NCBI RefSeq assembly: GCF_900107095.1
Contig: NZ_FNOR01000019.1
Location: forward strand, 1 to 32,000
Direction: 5' to 3'
DNA: 32,000 nucleotides
Source: Collimonas sp. OK242
Lineage (GTDB): Bacteria > Pseudomonadota > Gammaproteobacteria > Burkholderiales > Burkholderiaceae_D
Part shown: piece by piece, positions 15,470-28,419 of the stretch
Numbering within the stretch: position 1 is the first letter of the stretch
Layout: each line of letters opens with the position of its first letter
The notes under the pieces: generated by a model
The model's database searches: none
Told to the model about the DNA's origin: nothing
Seen by the model: only the letters and a program-made list of their open reading frames with translations
Made by a program: the position numbers and the translations under genes

Positions 15470-16342
15470 CTAGGCCTGTTCAGTTATCTGCGCAAAGCGC
15501 CCGCTGTTGAAGTCGACGATCGCCTGGGCGATTTCTTCCTGGCTGTTCATGACGAACGGGCCATGGCCGACGATCGCTTCATCGATCGGCTCGCCGCTAA
15601 GCACCAGCACTACCGCGTCGTTGTTGGCTTCGATATCGACGCTGTTGCCGTCGTTGTCGAGCAACGCCATTTGCGCTTCGCGCGCCACGGTCTCGCCATT
15701 GATCAGCACGGTTCCGTGCAACACCACCAGCGCAGAATGCCAGCCGGCGGGCAAGGACAGTCTGGTGTTGCCGCCCTGGTTCAAGCGCATATCCCACACG
15801 TTCATCGGTGTGAAAGTACGCGCCGGACCGGCATGGCCGTCGTATTCGCCGGCAATCACCCTTACTGTGCCGGCGCCGTCAGGCAAGGCCACAACAGGAA
15901 TGTCGCGATCTGCGATGGCTTGATAACCGGGCGCTGTCATCTTGTCCTTCGCCGGCAGGTTCACCCACAGCTGCACCATTTCGAGCGTGCCGCCGGAGCG
16001 CGTGAACGCTTCGGAGTGGAACTCCTCATGCAGGATGCCGCTGCCTGCTGTCATCCATTGCACGTCGCCGGGGCCGATAGTGCCGCCATTGCCGGTCGAG
16101 TCGCGGTGCGTCACTTCGCCCTTGTAGACGATGGTGACGGTTTCGAAGCCGCGATGCGGATGCGAGCCGACGCCGCGTGGGCGGGTAGCAGGCCTGAACT
16201 CGGCCGGACCGGCGTAATCGAGCAGCAGGAAAGGACTTAGTTGCTTGCCGTGGCTGGTGTAAGAAAACATCGAACGAGCAGGAAAACCGTCGCCGACCCA
16301 ATGTTGGCGAGGTGCGCTGTAGATGCCGAGGACTTTTTTCAT
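15470..16342 (-). CDS. Pirin-family (bicupin) protein
   Basis: HPHRGFETVTIVYKGEVTHRDS..G.IGPGDVQWMTAGSGILHEE is the canonical pirin N-terminal cupin signature. Confidence 0.9.
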   Translation of the reverse strand: MKKVLGIYSAPRQHWVGDGFPARSMFSYTSHGKQLSPFLLLDYAGPAEFRPATRPRGVGSHPHRGFETVTIVYKGEVTHRDSTGNGGTIGPGDVQWMTAGSGILHEEFHSEAFTRSGGTLEMVQLWVNLPAKDKMTAPGYQAIADRDIPVVALPDGAGTVRVIAGEYDGHAGPARTFTPMNVWDMRLNQGGNTRLSLPAGWHSALVVLHGTVLINGETVAREAQMALLDNDGNSVDIEANNDAVVLVLSGEPIDEAIVGHGPFVMNSQEEIAQAIVDFNSGRFAQITEQA

Positions 16343-16476
16343 GATCGATTCCTTGTGGTGGTTGCATAGTTGTTGCAGGTAGAAGATTAAATCAAGGACA
16401 ATGGCTGCGGTAGTCTGTGGAATTTGCCATCAGCGTCCTATTTTATGAACGATGAAATGTTTGCGCGGGAATTGTT

Positions 16477-17382
16477 ATGCAGGATTTGAACGATCTCTAC
16501 TATTACGTTCAGGTGGTCGACCATGGCGGCTTTGCGCCGGCCGGACGGGCCCTGGGCATGCCGAAGTCCAAGCTGAGCCGGCGCCTGGCGTTATTGGAGG
16601 AGCGCTTGGGCGTCAGGCTGATCCAGCGTACTACCCGGCAATTTTCCGTGACAGAAGTCGGGCAGTCGTATTACGAGCACTGCAAGGCGATGCTGGTGGA
16701 GGCAGAGGCTGCGCAAGACGCGGTCGAGCTGACGCGGGGCGAACCGCGCGGCATTGTGCGCCTGACTTGCCCGGTGGCTTTGCTGCATGCGAATGTGGAC
16801 GTGATGCTGGCAGATTTCATGGCGGCCAACCCGCGTGTGACGGTGCTGCTGGAGGCGAGCAATCGCCGGGTTGACGTGGTGGCCGAGGCGGTGGATATTG
16901 CGATCCGGGTACGGCCGCCGCCGATTCCGGATAGCGAGCTGGTGCTGCGGGTACTGGCTGAACGCAGTCAATGCCTGGTCGCCAGTCCGCTGCTGCTTAA
17001 GGGGCGCTCGCTGCCGGCCTCGCCTGCCGATTTAAACGGCTGGCCGAGCCTGGGGCTGGGGACAGGGCAGCAAAATCATATATGGACATTGTTCGGCCCG
17101 GATGGCGCCAAGGCGGCGATTCATCACACGCCGCGTTTTGTCACCGGCGATATGGTGGCATTGTTGCGGGCGGCAGTGGCTGGCGTCGGCATTGTGCAAT
17201 TGCCGACCATGATGATACGCGAACAGGTAGCGCAAGGCACGCTGTTGCATGTGCTGGATGACTGGCGGCCGCGCCACGAAATCATCCATGTGGTATTCCC
17301 GTCGCGGCGCGGCTTGCTGCCCTTGGTGCGTACCCTGATCGATTATCTGGTACAGCGTTTCCGGGCACTGGAAGAAGATTGA
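16477..17382 (+). CDS. LysR-family transcriptional regulator, divergent from the pirin gene
   Basis: An N-terminal LysR HTH (FAPAGRALGMPKSKLSRRLALLEERLGVRLIQRTTR) plus a C-terminal substrate-binding domain. Confidence 0.9.
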   Translation: MQDLNDLYYYVQVVDHGGFAPAGRALGMPKSKLSRRLALLEERLGVRLIQRTTRQFSVTEVGQSYYEHCKAMLVEAEAAQDAVELTRGEPRGIVRLTCPVALLHANVDVMLADFMAANPRVTVLLEASNRRVDVVAEAVDIAIRVRPPPIPDSELVLRVLAERSQCLVASPLLLKGRSLPASPADLNGWPSLGLGTGQQNHIWTLFGPDGAKAAIHHTPRFVTGDMVALLRAAVAGVGIVQLPTMMIREQVAQGTLLHVLDDWRPRHEIIHVVFPSRRGLLPLVRTLIDYLVQRFRALEED

Positions 17383-17406
17383 GATGATTGAAGGGCGTGC
17401 GCCGGC

Positions 17407-18660
17407 TCAGTGAAAATGGGCTGAGCCGCTTGGTGTGTCATCAGGCATTTCCGGATGCACCAGATCGCCTTCGCGGTCCGGGTAAAGCGGGGTGCCGCAA
17501 TCGTCGCAGAATTCCATCGCATACATTTCGGCATGCCGCTGAATGTCGTCGATACCGCATTCGCGCAGCAGGCTCAGGATTTGTTCCAGCGGGGTTTCCG
17601 GTTCGGCCGCGGCCTCGTCGCTGTCGCTGGCGCGGGTAATGATTTCTTCAGTCGCTTCTTCCTGCCCGTACAGCGGCCACACCACGCCGTAGATCACCTC
17701 ATTGGTTTGGCCCAGCGAGAAGCCGATCCGGTATTCGTCGACCCGGCCGCTTTCCGGCTGTTCGCTAAAGCGGCCGATGCTGGCGTGCAGGTCTTTCGAT
17801 GCGATGTCCAGCGTGTGCGTCAGGTAATAGCTGGCGGCGCGCAGGGAAGCCGGACGGATTTGCAGGTCGGCCTCGCGGCAGGCGGCAAAGTAAGCCTCGG
17901 GTAGCAACACCTGGATGCCGCAACCTGGCAGCAAGCGTGTCAGGTTGGGAGTGACTTGAACGCGCCATTGTTCCAGTGCGTTTTCCTTGTCGGCGGCAAT
18001 ATGCCCCGTTTGTCCACGCGTCATTTGCCAGTGGAACAAGGGCATGCCGCTCGGGACTACCAGGGCGGCCAGCAAATAACGGGTATCGGCCAGGAAGGGC
18101 GCGGTCTCCGGCGGATTTGCGGGGCTGCGCACCGGTGCGGCGTTGAGTGCGGCATGCGACAGTTGCTGCAGCAGGGTAAAGGTTTCGCAATGGGTGCGCG
18201 GCAACTGATCGATGGCGTACAAGGTCGGCACGATGGCGGTTAGCACTTCCGGCGCCAGGATATGGGCGTGCAGATGGGCGTTCAGCGTCATGACGACGTC
18301 GGCCGGAATCGGCCCCGATCCGATCGAGAAGCGCGTCCACGCCAGCAGCGGAATGCCGACCAGCAGGCAGTCGTATTGCTTGCCTTGGTACTCGATGGTG
18401 CTGGATTCGCTGCAGGCTTCGACCACGTCCATCAAGGCGTCGTAGGCATCGGGCTGGGTCGGAAACAGCTGTTCCAGCGCGCCGTCGATAGGCTCCTGGT
18501 GATGGGCTTTGAAATGCCTGCCGAGCAGGGCTTCAATCTCGCGTTCCCATGCGCGCTCCTCAAGACGGCTGGAGGCTTGTATCAATGCTTGCGCCAGCTC
18601 GGCCAGGCGGTGGCTGTCGGCGGAAAATTTACGGGAAGGTTTTTTTGACGGGCGGCGCAT
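17407..18660 (-). CDS. Conserved hypothetical protein, probably a DUF2863 family member (417 aa)
   Basis: A long ORF with GC3-rich codon usage like its neighbours. The DUF2863 assignment comes from recollection of betaproteobacterial homologues and is unverified. Confidence 0.7.
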   Translation of the reverse strand: MRRPSKKPSRKFSADSHRLAELAQALIQASSRLEERAWEREIEALLGRHFKAHHQEPIDGALEQLFPTQPDAYDALMDVVEACSESSTIEYQGKQYDCLLVGIPLLAWTRFSIGSGPIPADVVMTLNAHLHAHILAPEVLTAIVPTLYAIDQLPRTHCETFTLLQQLSHAALNAAPVRSPANPPETAPFLADTRYLLAALVVPSGMPLFHWQMTRGQTGHIAADKENALEQWRVQVTPNLTRLLPGCGIQVLLPEAYFAACREADLQIRPASLRAASYYLTHTLDIASKDLHASIGRFSEQPESGRVDEYRIGFSLGQTNEVIYGVVWPLYGQEEATEEIITRASDSDEAAAEPETPLEQILSLLRECGIDDIQRHAEMYAMEFCDDCGTPLYPDREGDLVHPEMPDDTPSGSAHFH

Positions 18661-18941
18661 AGTAGATAAGGTAAGGAGCTGACAACATAGTCAAAATCTT
18701 ACTGCGCGACCGTAGCGGATGCATGCATCCGATGACCGGCAACTGAGACGCTCACATATTCATGGATGAATATGCTCCGCTTTTCTGCGCTGCCTTCTGG
18801 CCTACGACCGCTTGCTGAGAGTTTTCAAAGACTCTGAGGCAGGAAGACTGCAAGATCCTATTGTAGTGGATTTAACGGTATGTTGAATAACTACCGTAGA
18901 TGAATGGCAACAATCCCTTGATTGAGGCCGAAAACGAGAAA

Positions 18942-18966
18942 CGCCGGCATGGCCGGCGCTTTTTTT
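18942..18966. terminator. Bidirectional terminator-like hairpin CGCCGGC-ATG-GCCGGCG with a T7 run on the plus strand and TTTCTCGTTTTC on the minus strand (acnA side)
   Basis: Read directly from the sequence. A second 13-bp-stem hairpin at 19004-19040 lies immediately after the acnA stop. Confidence 0.6.
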
Positions 18967-19047
18967 GTACATTCTTGAGTGACTTTGTCGGTGCATCCGA
19001 CTGCCAGCCGGCCGCCCATGCAGAAGGGGCGGCCGGCTGGTGTGTCG

Positions 19048-21759
<2,712 letters not shown>

Positions 21760-21784
21760 GATTTCTCCTGGGGTTTTAATTTAA

Positions 21785-22282
21785 TTACAAGCTGTGTGCT
21801 GGATCGACAGCTGCGGCGGCCGGCATTGCTTCTTGCGCTGCGGATTTACATTCGTTCGCAAGTTGATGTCCTGTTTTCGAATCCAGCAAAATACCCTTGG
21901 CAGGGATGCCGATCCAGAGCAGGCCGTATTTGCGGTTTTCGAAGCGGATGGCGCCGGTGGTGGTCGGTACGCGCGACAGGCGGTGCAAGGTTTTGCCCCA
22001 GCGCAGCGCGATGTGCTTCTCGTCTTCGGCGTTGGTGAAAATTGTCAGGCTGTTGCCGAGTTCGCATTTGTAATCGACGGAAACGGAAGTCTTGACGTCC
22101 GGCGTGCCTTCGTCCTCGCCATCGTCGACTTCTGCCGGCGCTGCTTTTGCAGCTGGCTTCTTGACGGCTTTCTTGCTGGTTTTCTTGGTGGTGGTCTGGG
22201 CCTGAACTTGCGGCGCTACAACTGCCAGGCTGGCGCATAGTAAAACAAGCATTGATAAACTCGTCGACAATCTCTTTTTCAT
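21785..22282 (-). CDS. Secreted protein with a signal peptide, a K/A/T-rich linker and an MliC-like (C-type lysozyme inhibitor) domain
   Basis: A signal peptide MKKRLSTSLSMLVLLCASLAVVAPQVQA. The C-terminal YKCELGNSLTIF...ALRWGK...TTGAIRFEN...LWIGIPAKGILL...ANEC resembles the MliC fold pattern with two Cys. The start at 22282 has GGAG 8 nt upstream. Confidence 0.5.
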   Translation of the reverse strand: MKKRLSTSLSMLVLLCASLAVVAPQVQAQTTTKKTSKKAVKKPAAKAAPAEVDDGEDEGTPDVKTSVSVDYKCELGNSLTIFTNAEDEKHIALRWGKTLHRLSRVPTTTGAIRFENRKYGLLWIGIPAKGILLDSKTGHQLANECKSAAQEAMPAAAAVDPAHSL

Positions 22283-22332
22283 TTTCATTGCTCCGTAATG
22301 CATCCCGTTATCTCGGAAAAGGCGGGCTGCGG

Positions 22333-23304
22333 TTATAACAAAATTGTTGCATCTTCGGGTAGTGCGATGCCGTTATTTTTTGCGCGCTGCAGAACACCCC
22401 AGTAATAACGATAACTGGCGCGGTCATGCAGCGTGCCCTCGTGTTGTATTGGTCCCCATGCTGCTTGCCTGGCCGCAAGCAGGATTTGTGCCGCGGCGGC
22501 TATCTCTGACGGCGGCGGGGTAAATGCGTTCAATATCGGTTTGATCTGTTGCGGATGGATGCTCCACATCCGGGTATAGCCGAATTCAGCCATGGCGCGG
22601 CTGGCATCGGCGGCGACGGTGGCGTTGTCCTTGATGTCGGTGGTGACGTTATGCGAGGGCACCTTGCCGTGCGCATGGCAAGCCGCGGCAATTTCCAGTT
22701 TTGCGCGCGCGACCAGCGGATGGCTGAACTGCGCCGGCGAACGCATCGCCGCGCTGGGAATGGCGCCGTAATGCGCTGAAACGAAATCCATGATGCCGAA
22801 CGACAGCGACTGTACTTGCGGCAGGGCGGCGATGGCGAACACATCTGCCAGCGCGCCATGGGTTTCTATCAATACATGGACCGGCAGCGCCTGCCGTCCG
22901 GCCAGGCTGCTGTGGTGATCTATCAGGGCGATGGCGGCGCTGACGTCGGCCAGGCTTTCGGCCTTGGGCAGCATCAGGTAAGCCAGCCGGCGCGCTGCGC
23001 CTTGGCAGATGATCTCTACGTCTTGTTCGAAAAAAGTGCTGCCGATGTCGTGTACGCGAGCGCCAATGCGCTCAAAGCGATTGTCGGCGCCGGCGATGAC
23101 GCCGGCGACCAGTTGTGCGTGCGCTGCTTCGTTGCCGGCGCTGGCGCCGTCTTCGCAGTCAAGTGTGATGTCGAATACCGGACCCAGCTCCTGCTGCAAA
23201 GCGACTGATTTACGCATGAGCTTTTCAGCGCCGGCGTAATGATCGCAGACCGGTAGCGAGACCGGCTGTTGCTTGCCTAGGAATAAGACCTGGGTAGGAT
23301 GCAT
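22333..23304 (-). CDS. HpcH/HpaI aldolase / citrate lyase beta-subunit-like (CitE family) protein
   Basis: DITLDCEDGA, ARVH, YLMLPKAES and other motifs typical of CitE-like acyl-CoA lyases. Confidence 0.8.
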   Translation of the reverse strand: MHPTQVLFLGKQQPVSLPVCDHYAGAEKLMRKSVALQQELGPVFDITLDCEDGASAGNEAAHAQLVAGVIAGADNRFERIGARVHDIGSTFFEQDVEIICQGAARRLAYLMLPKAESLADVSAAIALIDHHSSLAGRQALPVHVLIETHGALADVFAIAALPQVQSLSFGIMDFVSAHYGAIPSAAMRSPAQFSHPLVARAKLEIAAACHAHGKVPSHNVTTDIKDNATVAADASRAMAEFGYTRMWSIHPQQIKPILNAFTPPPSEIAAAAQILLAARQAAWGPIQHEGTLHDRASYRYYWGVLQRAKNNGIALPEDATILL

Positions 23305-23331
23305 TGCGAAGTTCTTAATAATAATTGCGGA

Positions 23332-23379
23332 GTAGGGCAGACACCTGTGCGTACCAACGAGTACCAGCGTCCGCCCTAC
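23332..23379 (-). terminator. Long hairpin (11-bp stem with 1 mismatch) between mdh and the CitE-like gene, followed by AT-rich sequence; attenuator or terminator candidate
   Basis: GTAGGGCAGAC (23332-23342) pairs with GTCCGCCCTAC (23369-23379). Confidence 0.4.
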
Positions 23380-23393
23380 ATTGAAGCAGTTGC

Positions 23394-24383
23394 TTAGCCG
23401 ACCAGGTGTTTCACGCCGTCACGCTCTTCTTGCAGTTCTTGCAGCGTAATGTTGATGCGCTCTTGCGAGAAAGCGTCGATTTCCAGGCCTTGAACGATTT
23501 TGTATTCGCCGTTTTCGGTGGTTACCGGGAAGCCGAACATGGTGCCTTCAGGAATGCCGTAGGAGCCGTCCGATGGCACGCCCATGGTGGTCCACTTGCC
23601 GTTGGTGCCGAGTACCCAGTCACGCACGTGATCGATGGCTGCGTTGGCGGCCGAAGCAGCCGACGACAGGCCGCGCGCTTCGATGATGGCGGCGCCGCGC
23701 TTGCCGACGGTTGGCAGGAACACGTCTTTGTTCCAGACTTGATCGTTGATCAGGTCTTTGACCGACGCGCCGTCAGCTGTCGCGTAGCGATAGTCTGCGT
23801 ACATGGTTGGCGAGTGATTGCCCCAGACGAACAGCTTTTCGATGGCTGCAACCGGTTTGCCGATCTTGGCCGCGACTTGCGACAGGGCGCGGTTGTGGTC
23901 TAGGCGCAGCATTGCGGTGAAGTTCTTGGCTGGCAGGTTGGGCGCCGATTTCATGGCGATGTAAGCGTTGGTGTTGGCTGGATTGCCCACCACCAGGACC
24001 TTGACATTGCGCGAAGCGACGGCGTCCAGCGCCTTGCCTTGCACGGTGAAAATCTGTGCATTGGCTTCCAGCAGGTCTTTACGTTCCATGCCTGGGCCGC
24101 GTGGGCGGGCGCCAACCAGCAGGGCAACGTCAGCATCCTTGAATGCTGTCATCGGGTCGCTGTGCGCGGTGATGCCGGCCAGCAGCGGGAACGCGCAATC
24201 GTCGACTTCCATGATCACGCCCTTCAACGCTTTTTGTGCTTTTTCGTCAGGGATTTCCAGCAGTTGCAAAATGACCGGCTGGTCTTTGCCGAGCAGGTCG
24301 CCGTTGGCGATGCGGAACAGAAGGGAATAACCGATTTGACCAGCGGCGCCGGTCACGGCAACACGCAGAGGGGACTTAGCCAT
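23394..24383 (-). CDS. mdh: Malate dehydrogenase (329 aa)
   Basis: [45 protein letters not shown] is the LDH-like MDH N-terminus. The ATG at 24383 has GGAG 7 nt upstream; the ORF-track start at 24431 is unlikely. Confidence 0.95.
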   Translation of the reverse strand: MAKSPLRVAVTGAAGQIGYSLLFRIANGDLLGKDQPVILQLLEIPDEKAQKALKGVIMEVDDCAFPLLAGITAHSDPMTAFKDADVALLVGARPRGPGMERKDLLEANAQIFTVQGKALDAVASRNVKVLVVGNPANTNAYIAMKSAPNLPAKNFTAMLRLDHNRALSQVAAKIGKPVAAIEKLFVWGNHSPTMYADYRYATADGASVKDLINDQVWNKDVFLPTVGKRGAAIIEARGLSSAASAANAAIDHVRDWVLGTNGKWTTMGVPSDGSYGIPEGTMFGFPVTTENGEYKIVQGLEIDAFSQERINITLQELQEERDGVKHLVG

Positions 24384-24759
24384 GTTGAATCTCCAGAGAG
24401 GTGATAAAAATATTCGCGGGGCAGAATCCAAGAGCCGCCAGGCTGAGCTGAGCCCCGTGGCGGATTACTCTGCCCTTAACCGTTCAATTCAAATAAGAAA
24501 GACGGTTAAATTACAAAAAATCCCAGCAAAATATATAGCAAGATACAAAAAGCGGCGACTTAAATACGCAACCTCTAATCATACCGGCGAAAACCGCCTG
24601 CGTCAGTTTGTTTCGCTTTAATCCCGGCGCCAGAATTTACAGCCGGCATCTATGCCATGAAAATCGATTTGCGCGAAACAAACACTATCCAGCGATCGTC
24701 AAATAGTGCTTATGCCCGCGAGTTTAGGCGTGGCAACATGGTATGTCAATCAATATCTT

Positions 24760-24777
24760 ATGTCTTATATAAGACAT
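24760..24777. promoter_or_regulatory. 18-bp perfect palindrome ATGTCTTATATAAGACAT; candidate GntR/HutC-type operator
   Basis: It fits the GT-N(x)-AC architecture of GntR-family operators. It lies 40 nt upstream of the gntR start, in the mdh/gntR divergent region. Confidence 0.5.
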
Positions 24778-24816
24778 ATCATTGCGTATTTTTTACTGGA
24801 CGACAAGGGGTGTTTT

Positions 24817-25629
24817 ATGGTGAAATCTGAGCTTATGAGTTCCATCCCGTCCAATGTGAGTAGTGACCCAGCCGGCCAGAGCGCTGCGGTTCCTGCGTCC
24901 CCCTCAGTATCGTCTCCAACCTTCAGTCCACTCTATCAACAAATCAAGGCGCTGATCATGCAGCGCCTGCAATCCGGTGAGTGGAAGCCGGGCGAACTGA
25001 TTCCTAGCGAAGTCGAGCTTGGCAACCGTTTCAAGGTAAGCCAGGGCACGGTGCGCAAAGCGATTGACGAACTGGCGGCAGAGAACCTGCTGGTGCGGCG
25101 TCAGGGCAAGGGCACGTTTGTCGCCACCCATCACGAAGCGCGCTCGCAATTTCGCTTCCTGCGCCTGATGCCCGACAGTGACCAGCCGCAAGTTACCGAT
25201 AAAAGAGTGATCGAGCTGAAGCGCTTGCGCGCGCCGGCGGAAATCGCCCGTCTGCTGGGCATGAAATCGGGCGACTCGGTGATATATGTCAAGCGCGTCA
25301 TGTCATTTGACGGCGTGCCGACGATACTGGAAGAATTGTGGCTGCCGGGTGCGCTGTTCAAGGCTTTGACGCTGGAGCGCCTGGTCGAGTACAAGGGGCC
25401 GATGTACGGTTTGTTTGAAACCGAATTCGGCACGCGCATGATCCGTGCCACCGAGCAGATTCGCGCCGCCGGCGCCGACGCCGATGCGGCTGAGTTGCTG
25501 GCGGTGGAAAAAACATCGCCTTTACTGTGCGTGGAACGCGTGTCTTTTACCTATGGCGACAAGCCGGTGGAAGTGCGGCGTGGTTTGTATGTGACCAATC
25601 GCCATCACTATCAGAACGAATTGAGCTGA
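24817..25629 (+). CDS. GntR-family regulator, HutC/FarR subfamily (winged HTH plus UTRA domain), 270 aa
   Basis: LIPSEVELGNRFKVSQGTVRKAIDELAAENLLVRRQGKGTFV is the HTH, with a UTRA-like C-terminus. The ATG at 24817 is preceded by AAGGGG. Confidence 0.85.
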   Translation: MVKSELMSSIPSNVSSDPAGQSAAVPASPSVSSPTFSPLYQQIKALIMQRLQSGEWKPGELIPSEVELGNRFKVSQGTVRKAIDELAAENLLVRRQGKGTFVATHHEARSQFRFLRLMPDSDQPQVTDKRVIELKRLRAPAEIARLLGMKSGDSVIYVKRVMSFDGVPTILEELWLPGALFKALTLERLVEYKGPMYGLFETEFGTRMIRATEQIRAAGADADAAELLAVEKTSPLLCVERVSFTYGDKPVEVRRGLYVTNRHHYQNELS

Positions 25630-25859
25630 CAAGTGGGAGCGGCGAGTTGGAGTAGGGAGTTGGAATAGGTGGCTGGCTGGCGACAGCGGCGACTGGTGGC
25701 AATATGAGCAAGCTGACCAAGCAATATCAAGCGCAACATAATGATTGCCAGGGATTATTTGCAATATCGAATAATAACTATTGGTGTGCTGCACAAAAAT
25801 CGGCGAAAATTGCGGGATTGCGCTTGCTCTAAAAATTTTAAACTGAGGAGAACCCTGTT

Positions 25860-26270
25860 ATGTCTGAAGCCGCGAAGCCCAATCGGCCACAGTTTCGTAA
25901 TATAAGCATTACTCAAATTGTCGGTTACCGCTTTCCGTTGGCAGCCTTCATTTCGATTTTGCATCGTATTAGTGGCTTGCTGATGTTTTTGCTCCTGCCT
26001 TTTATCTTGTTCATGTTGGATAAAAGCCTGGTATCTGAAAGTTCTTTCGAATACTTCAAAGGTTTTACGTCGGGCTGGTTCGTAAAGCTTGTCATCCTGG
26101 CCCTGTCCTGGGCCTATCTGCACCACTTCTGCGCCGGCATTCGCCACCTGATCATGGATAACCACATCGGCCTGGATAAGGATAGTGCGCGCAAATCGGC
26201 TGCGGGAGTCCTGATTATCAGCGTGCCGCTGGCGTTGATCGTTGCATTGAAACTGTTCGGAGCGTTCTGA
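25860..26270 (+). CDS. sdhC: Succinate dehydrogenase cytochrome b556 subunit
   Basis: A 136-aa protein with three TM helices and an HRISG motif, first in the sdhCDAB order. GAGGAG lies upstream. Confidence 0.9.
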   Translation: MSEAAKPNRPQFRNISITQIVGYRFPLAAFISILHRISGLLMFLLLPFILFMLDKSLVSESSFEYFKGFTSGWFVKLVILALSWAYLHHFCAGIRHLIMDNHIGLDKDSARKSAAGVLIISVPLALIVALKLFGAF

Positions 26271-26638
26271 TGGCTGACAACAAGAATATTGGCGCCAAGC
26301 GCCTGGTAGTGGGAGCCCATTACGGTTTGCGGGACTGGCTGGCGCAACGCCTCACGGCTGTCGTCATGGCGATCTATACCGTCATCCTGCTGGTGTCGTT
26401 TCTGACCGCCAGCAATTTTACTTATGAAGGCTGGGCAGGGCTGTTTTCGCATCAGTGGTTCAAGCTGGCTACGTTCGTAGCGCTGATGTCGCTGTTCTTT
26501 CATGCATGGATAGGCGTGCGTGATGTCTGGATGGATTATGTCAAGCCGGTCGCTCTGCGCCTGGTCTTGGATGTTGCCACAATCCTGTGGTTGGTTGCTT
26601 GTGCCGGATGGGCGGCGCAGATTTTGTGGAGAGTGTAA
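26270..26638 (+). CDS. sdhD: Succinate dehydrogenase hydrophobic membrane anchor subunit
   Basis: A 122-aa TM protein whose ATG overlaps the sdhC TGA (TGATG). Confidence 0.9.
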   Translation: MADNKNIGAKRLVVGAHYGLRDWLAQRLTAVVMAIYTVILLVSFLTASNFTYEGWAGLFSHQWFKLATFVALMSLFFHAWIGVRDVWMDYVKPVALRLVLDVATILWLVACAGWAAQILWRV

Positions 26639-26640
26639 TC

Positions 26641-28419
26641 GTGGCAGCTATTAAATCCACAATTCCTACACGCCGCTTTGATGCGGTAATCGTTGGGGCC
26701 GGTGGTTCCGGTATGCGTGCTTCGCTGCAGTTGGCGGAAGCTGGTTTGAATGTAGCAGTCTTGTCGAAGGTGTTTCCTACCCGTTCGCACACAGTGGCGG
26801 CGCAGGGCGGCATCGGCGCCTCGCTGGGCAACATGTCCGAGGACAGCTGGTACTGGCACATGTTTGACACCGTCAAGGGCTCGGATTACCTGGGTGACCA
26901 GGACGCGATCGAATTCATGTGTCGCGAAGCGCCAAAGGCGGTGTATGAGCTGGAACACTTCGGCATGCCGTTCGACCGTAATGCCGACGGCACGATTTAT
27001 CAGCGTCCGTTCGGCGGCCACTCGGCCAACTTCGGCGAAAAGCCGGTAGCGCGCGCTTGCGCCGCTGCCGACCGTACCGGCCATGCGCTGTTGCACACGC
27101 TGTATCAGCGTAACGTGCGCGCCAAGACGCATTTCTTCGTCGAATGGATGGCGATCGATCTGGTGCGCGATGCCGAAGGCGATGTCATCGGCGTAGTGGC
27201 GCTGGAAATGGAAACCGGCGATGTCATGATCCTGGAAGCCAAGACCACCGTGATGGCTACCGGCGGCGCAGGGCGTATCTGGGCGGCTTCGACCAATGCC
27301 TTTATCAATACCGGCGACGGTATGGGTATGGCGGCGCGTGCCGGCTTGCCGCTGGAAGACATGGAATTCTGGCAATTCCACCCGACCGGCGTGGCTGGTG
27401 CGGGCGTTCTGATTACCGAAGGCGTGCGCGGCGAAGGCGGGATTCTGATCAACGCCAACGGCGAACGTTTCATGGAGCGCTATGCGCCTACCCTGAAAGA
27501 TCTGGCGCCGCGCGATTTCGTATCGCGTTCGATGGACCAGGAAATCAAGGAAGGCCGCGGCTGCGGTCCGAACAAGGATCACGTGATGCTGGATCTGCGC
27601 CACATCGGCGCCGAAACCATCATGAAGCGTCTGCCTTCGATTTTGGAAATCGGCCACAAGTTCGCTAACGTTGACGCTCTGAAAGAGCCGATTCCAGTGG
27701 TGCCGACCATCCACTATCAAATGGGCGGCATCCCGACCAACGTTTACGGTCAGGTCGTAGTGCCGAAGAACGGTATCCCGAACGCGGTAGTCAATGGCTT
27801 GTACGCCATCGGCGAATGCGCTTGCGTATCGGTGCACGGCGCCAATCGCCTGGGCACCAATTCGCTGCTGGATCTGGTGGTGTTCGGCCGCGCCGCCGGC
27901 AATCATATTGTCGACAGCAAGCTCAAGGAACGCAGCAACAAGGCTTTGCCGGCAGACGCAGCCGACGTCGCCCTGGCGCGCCTGGCCAAGCTGGAAGCCA
28001 GCACCGGTTCCGAGCGCGTGCAAGACGTGGCCGGCGATATCCGCAAGACCATGCAGCACTACTGCGGCGTGTTCCGTACCGATGAGCTGCTGCAGCAAGG
28101 CTACAAGGAAATCATGGTGCTGGACGAGCGGCGCAAGCATGTTGCGTTCAAGGACAAGTCCAAGGTATTCAACACCGCACGTGTCGAAGCGCTGGAGCTG
28201 GACAACCTGATCGAAACCGCCAAGGCCACCATTACCTCGGCTGCAGCTCGTAAGGAATCGCGCGGCGCCCATGCGCATCGCGATTATGAAAAGCGTGATG
28301 ACGAAAACTGGATGAAGCACACTTTGTGGTATTCCGAAGGTAATCGTCTCGACTACAAGCCTGTCGTTACCAAGCCGCTGACAGTTGATACGTTCAAGCC
28401 AAAGCCACGCACATTCTGA
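26641..28419 (+). CDS. sdhA: Succinate dehydrogenase flavoprotein subunit (592 aa)
   Basis: FDAVIVGAGGSGMRA is the FAD fold; RSHTVAAQGG contains the covalent-FAD His. The GTG at 26641 has GGAGAG upstream. The ORF-track start at 26587 would overlap sdhD. Confidence 0.95.
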   Translation: MAAIKSTIPTRRFDAVIVGAGGSGMRASLQLAEAGLNVAVLSKVFPTRSHTVAAQGGIGASLGNMSEDSWYWHMFDTVKGSDYLGDQDAIEFMCREAPKAVYELEHFGMPFDRNADGTIYQRPFGGHSANFGEKPVARACAAADRTGHALLHTLYQRNVRAKTHFFVEWMAIDLVRDAEGDVIGVVALEMETGDVMILEAKTTVMATGGAGRIWAASTNAFINTGDGMGMAARAGLPLEDMEFWQFHPTGVAGAGVLITEGVRGEGGILINANGERFMERYAPTLKDLAPRDFVSRSMDQEIKEGRGCGPNKDHVMLDLRHIGAETIMKRLPSILEIGHKFANVDALKEPIPVVPTIHYQMGGIPTNVYGQVVVPKNGIPNAVVNGLYAIGECACVSVHGANRLGTNSLLDLVVFGRAAGNHIVDSKLKERSNKALPADAADVALARLAKLEASTGSERVQDVAGDIRKTMQHYCGVFRTDELLQQGYKEIMVLDERRKHVAFKDKSKVFNTARVEALELDNLIETAKATITSAAARKESRGAHAHRDYEKRDDENWMKHTLWYSEGNRLDYKPVVTKPLTVDTFKPKPRTF

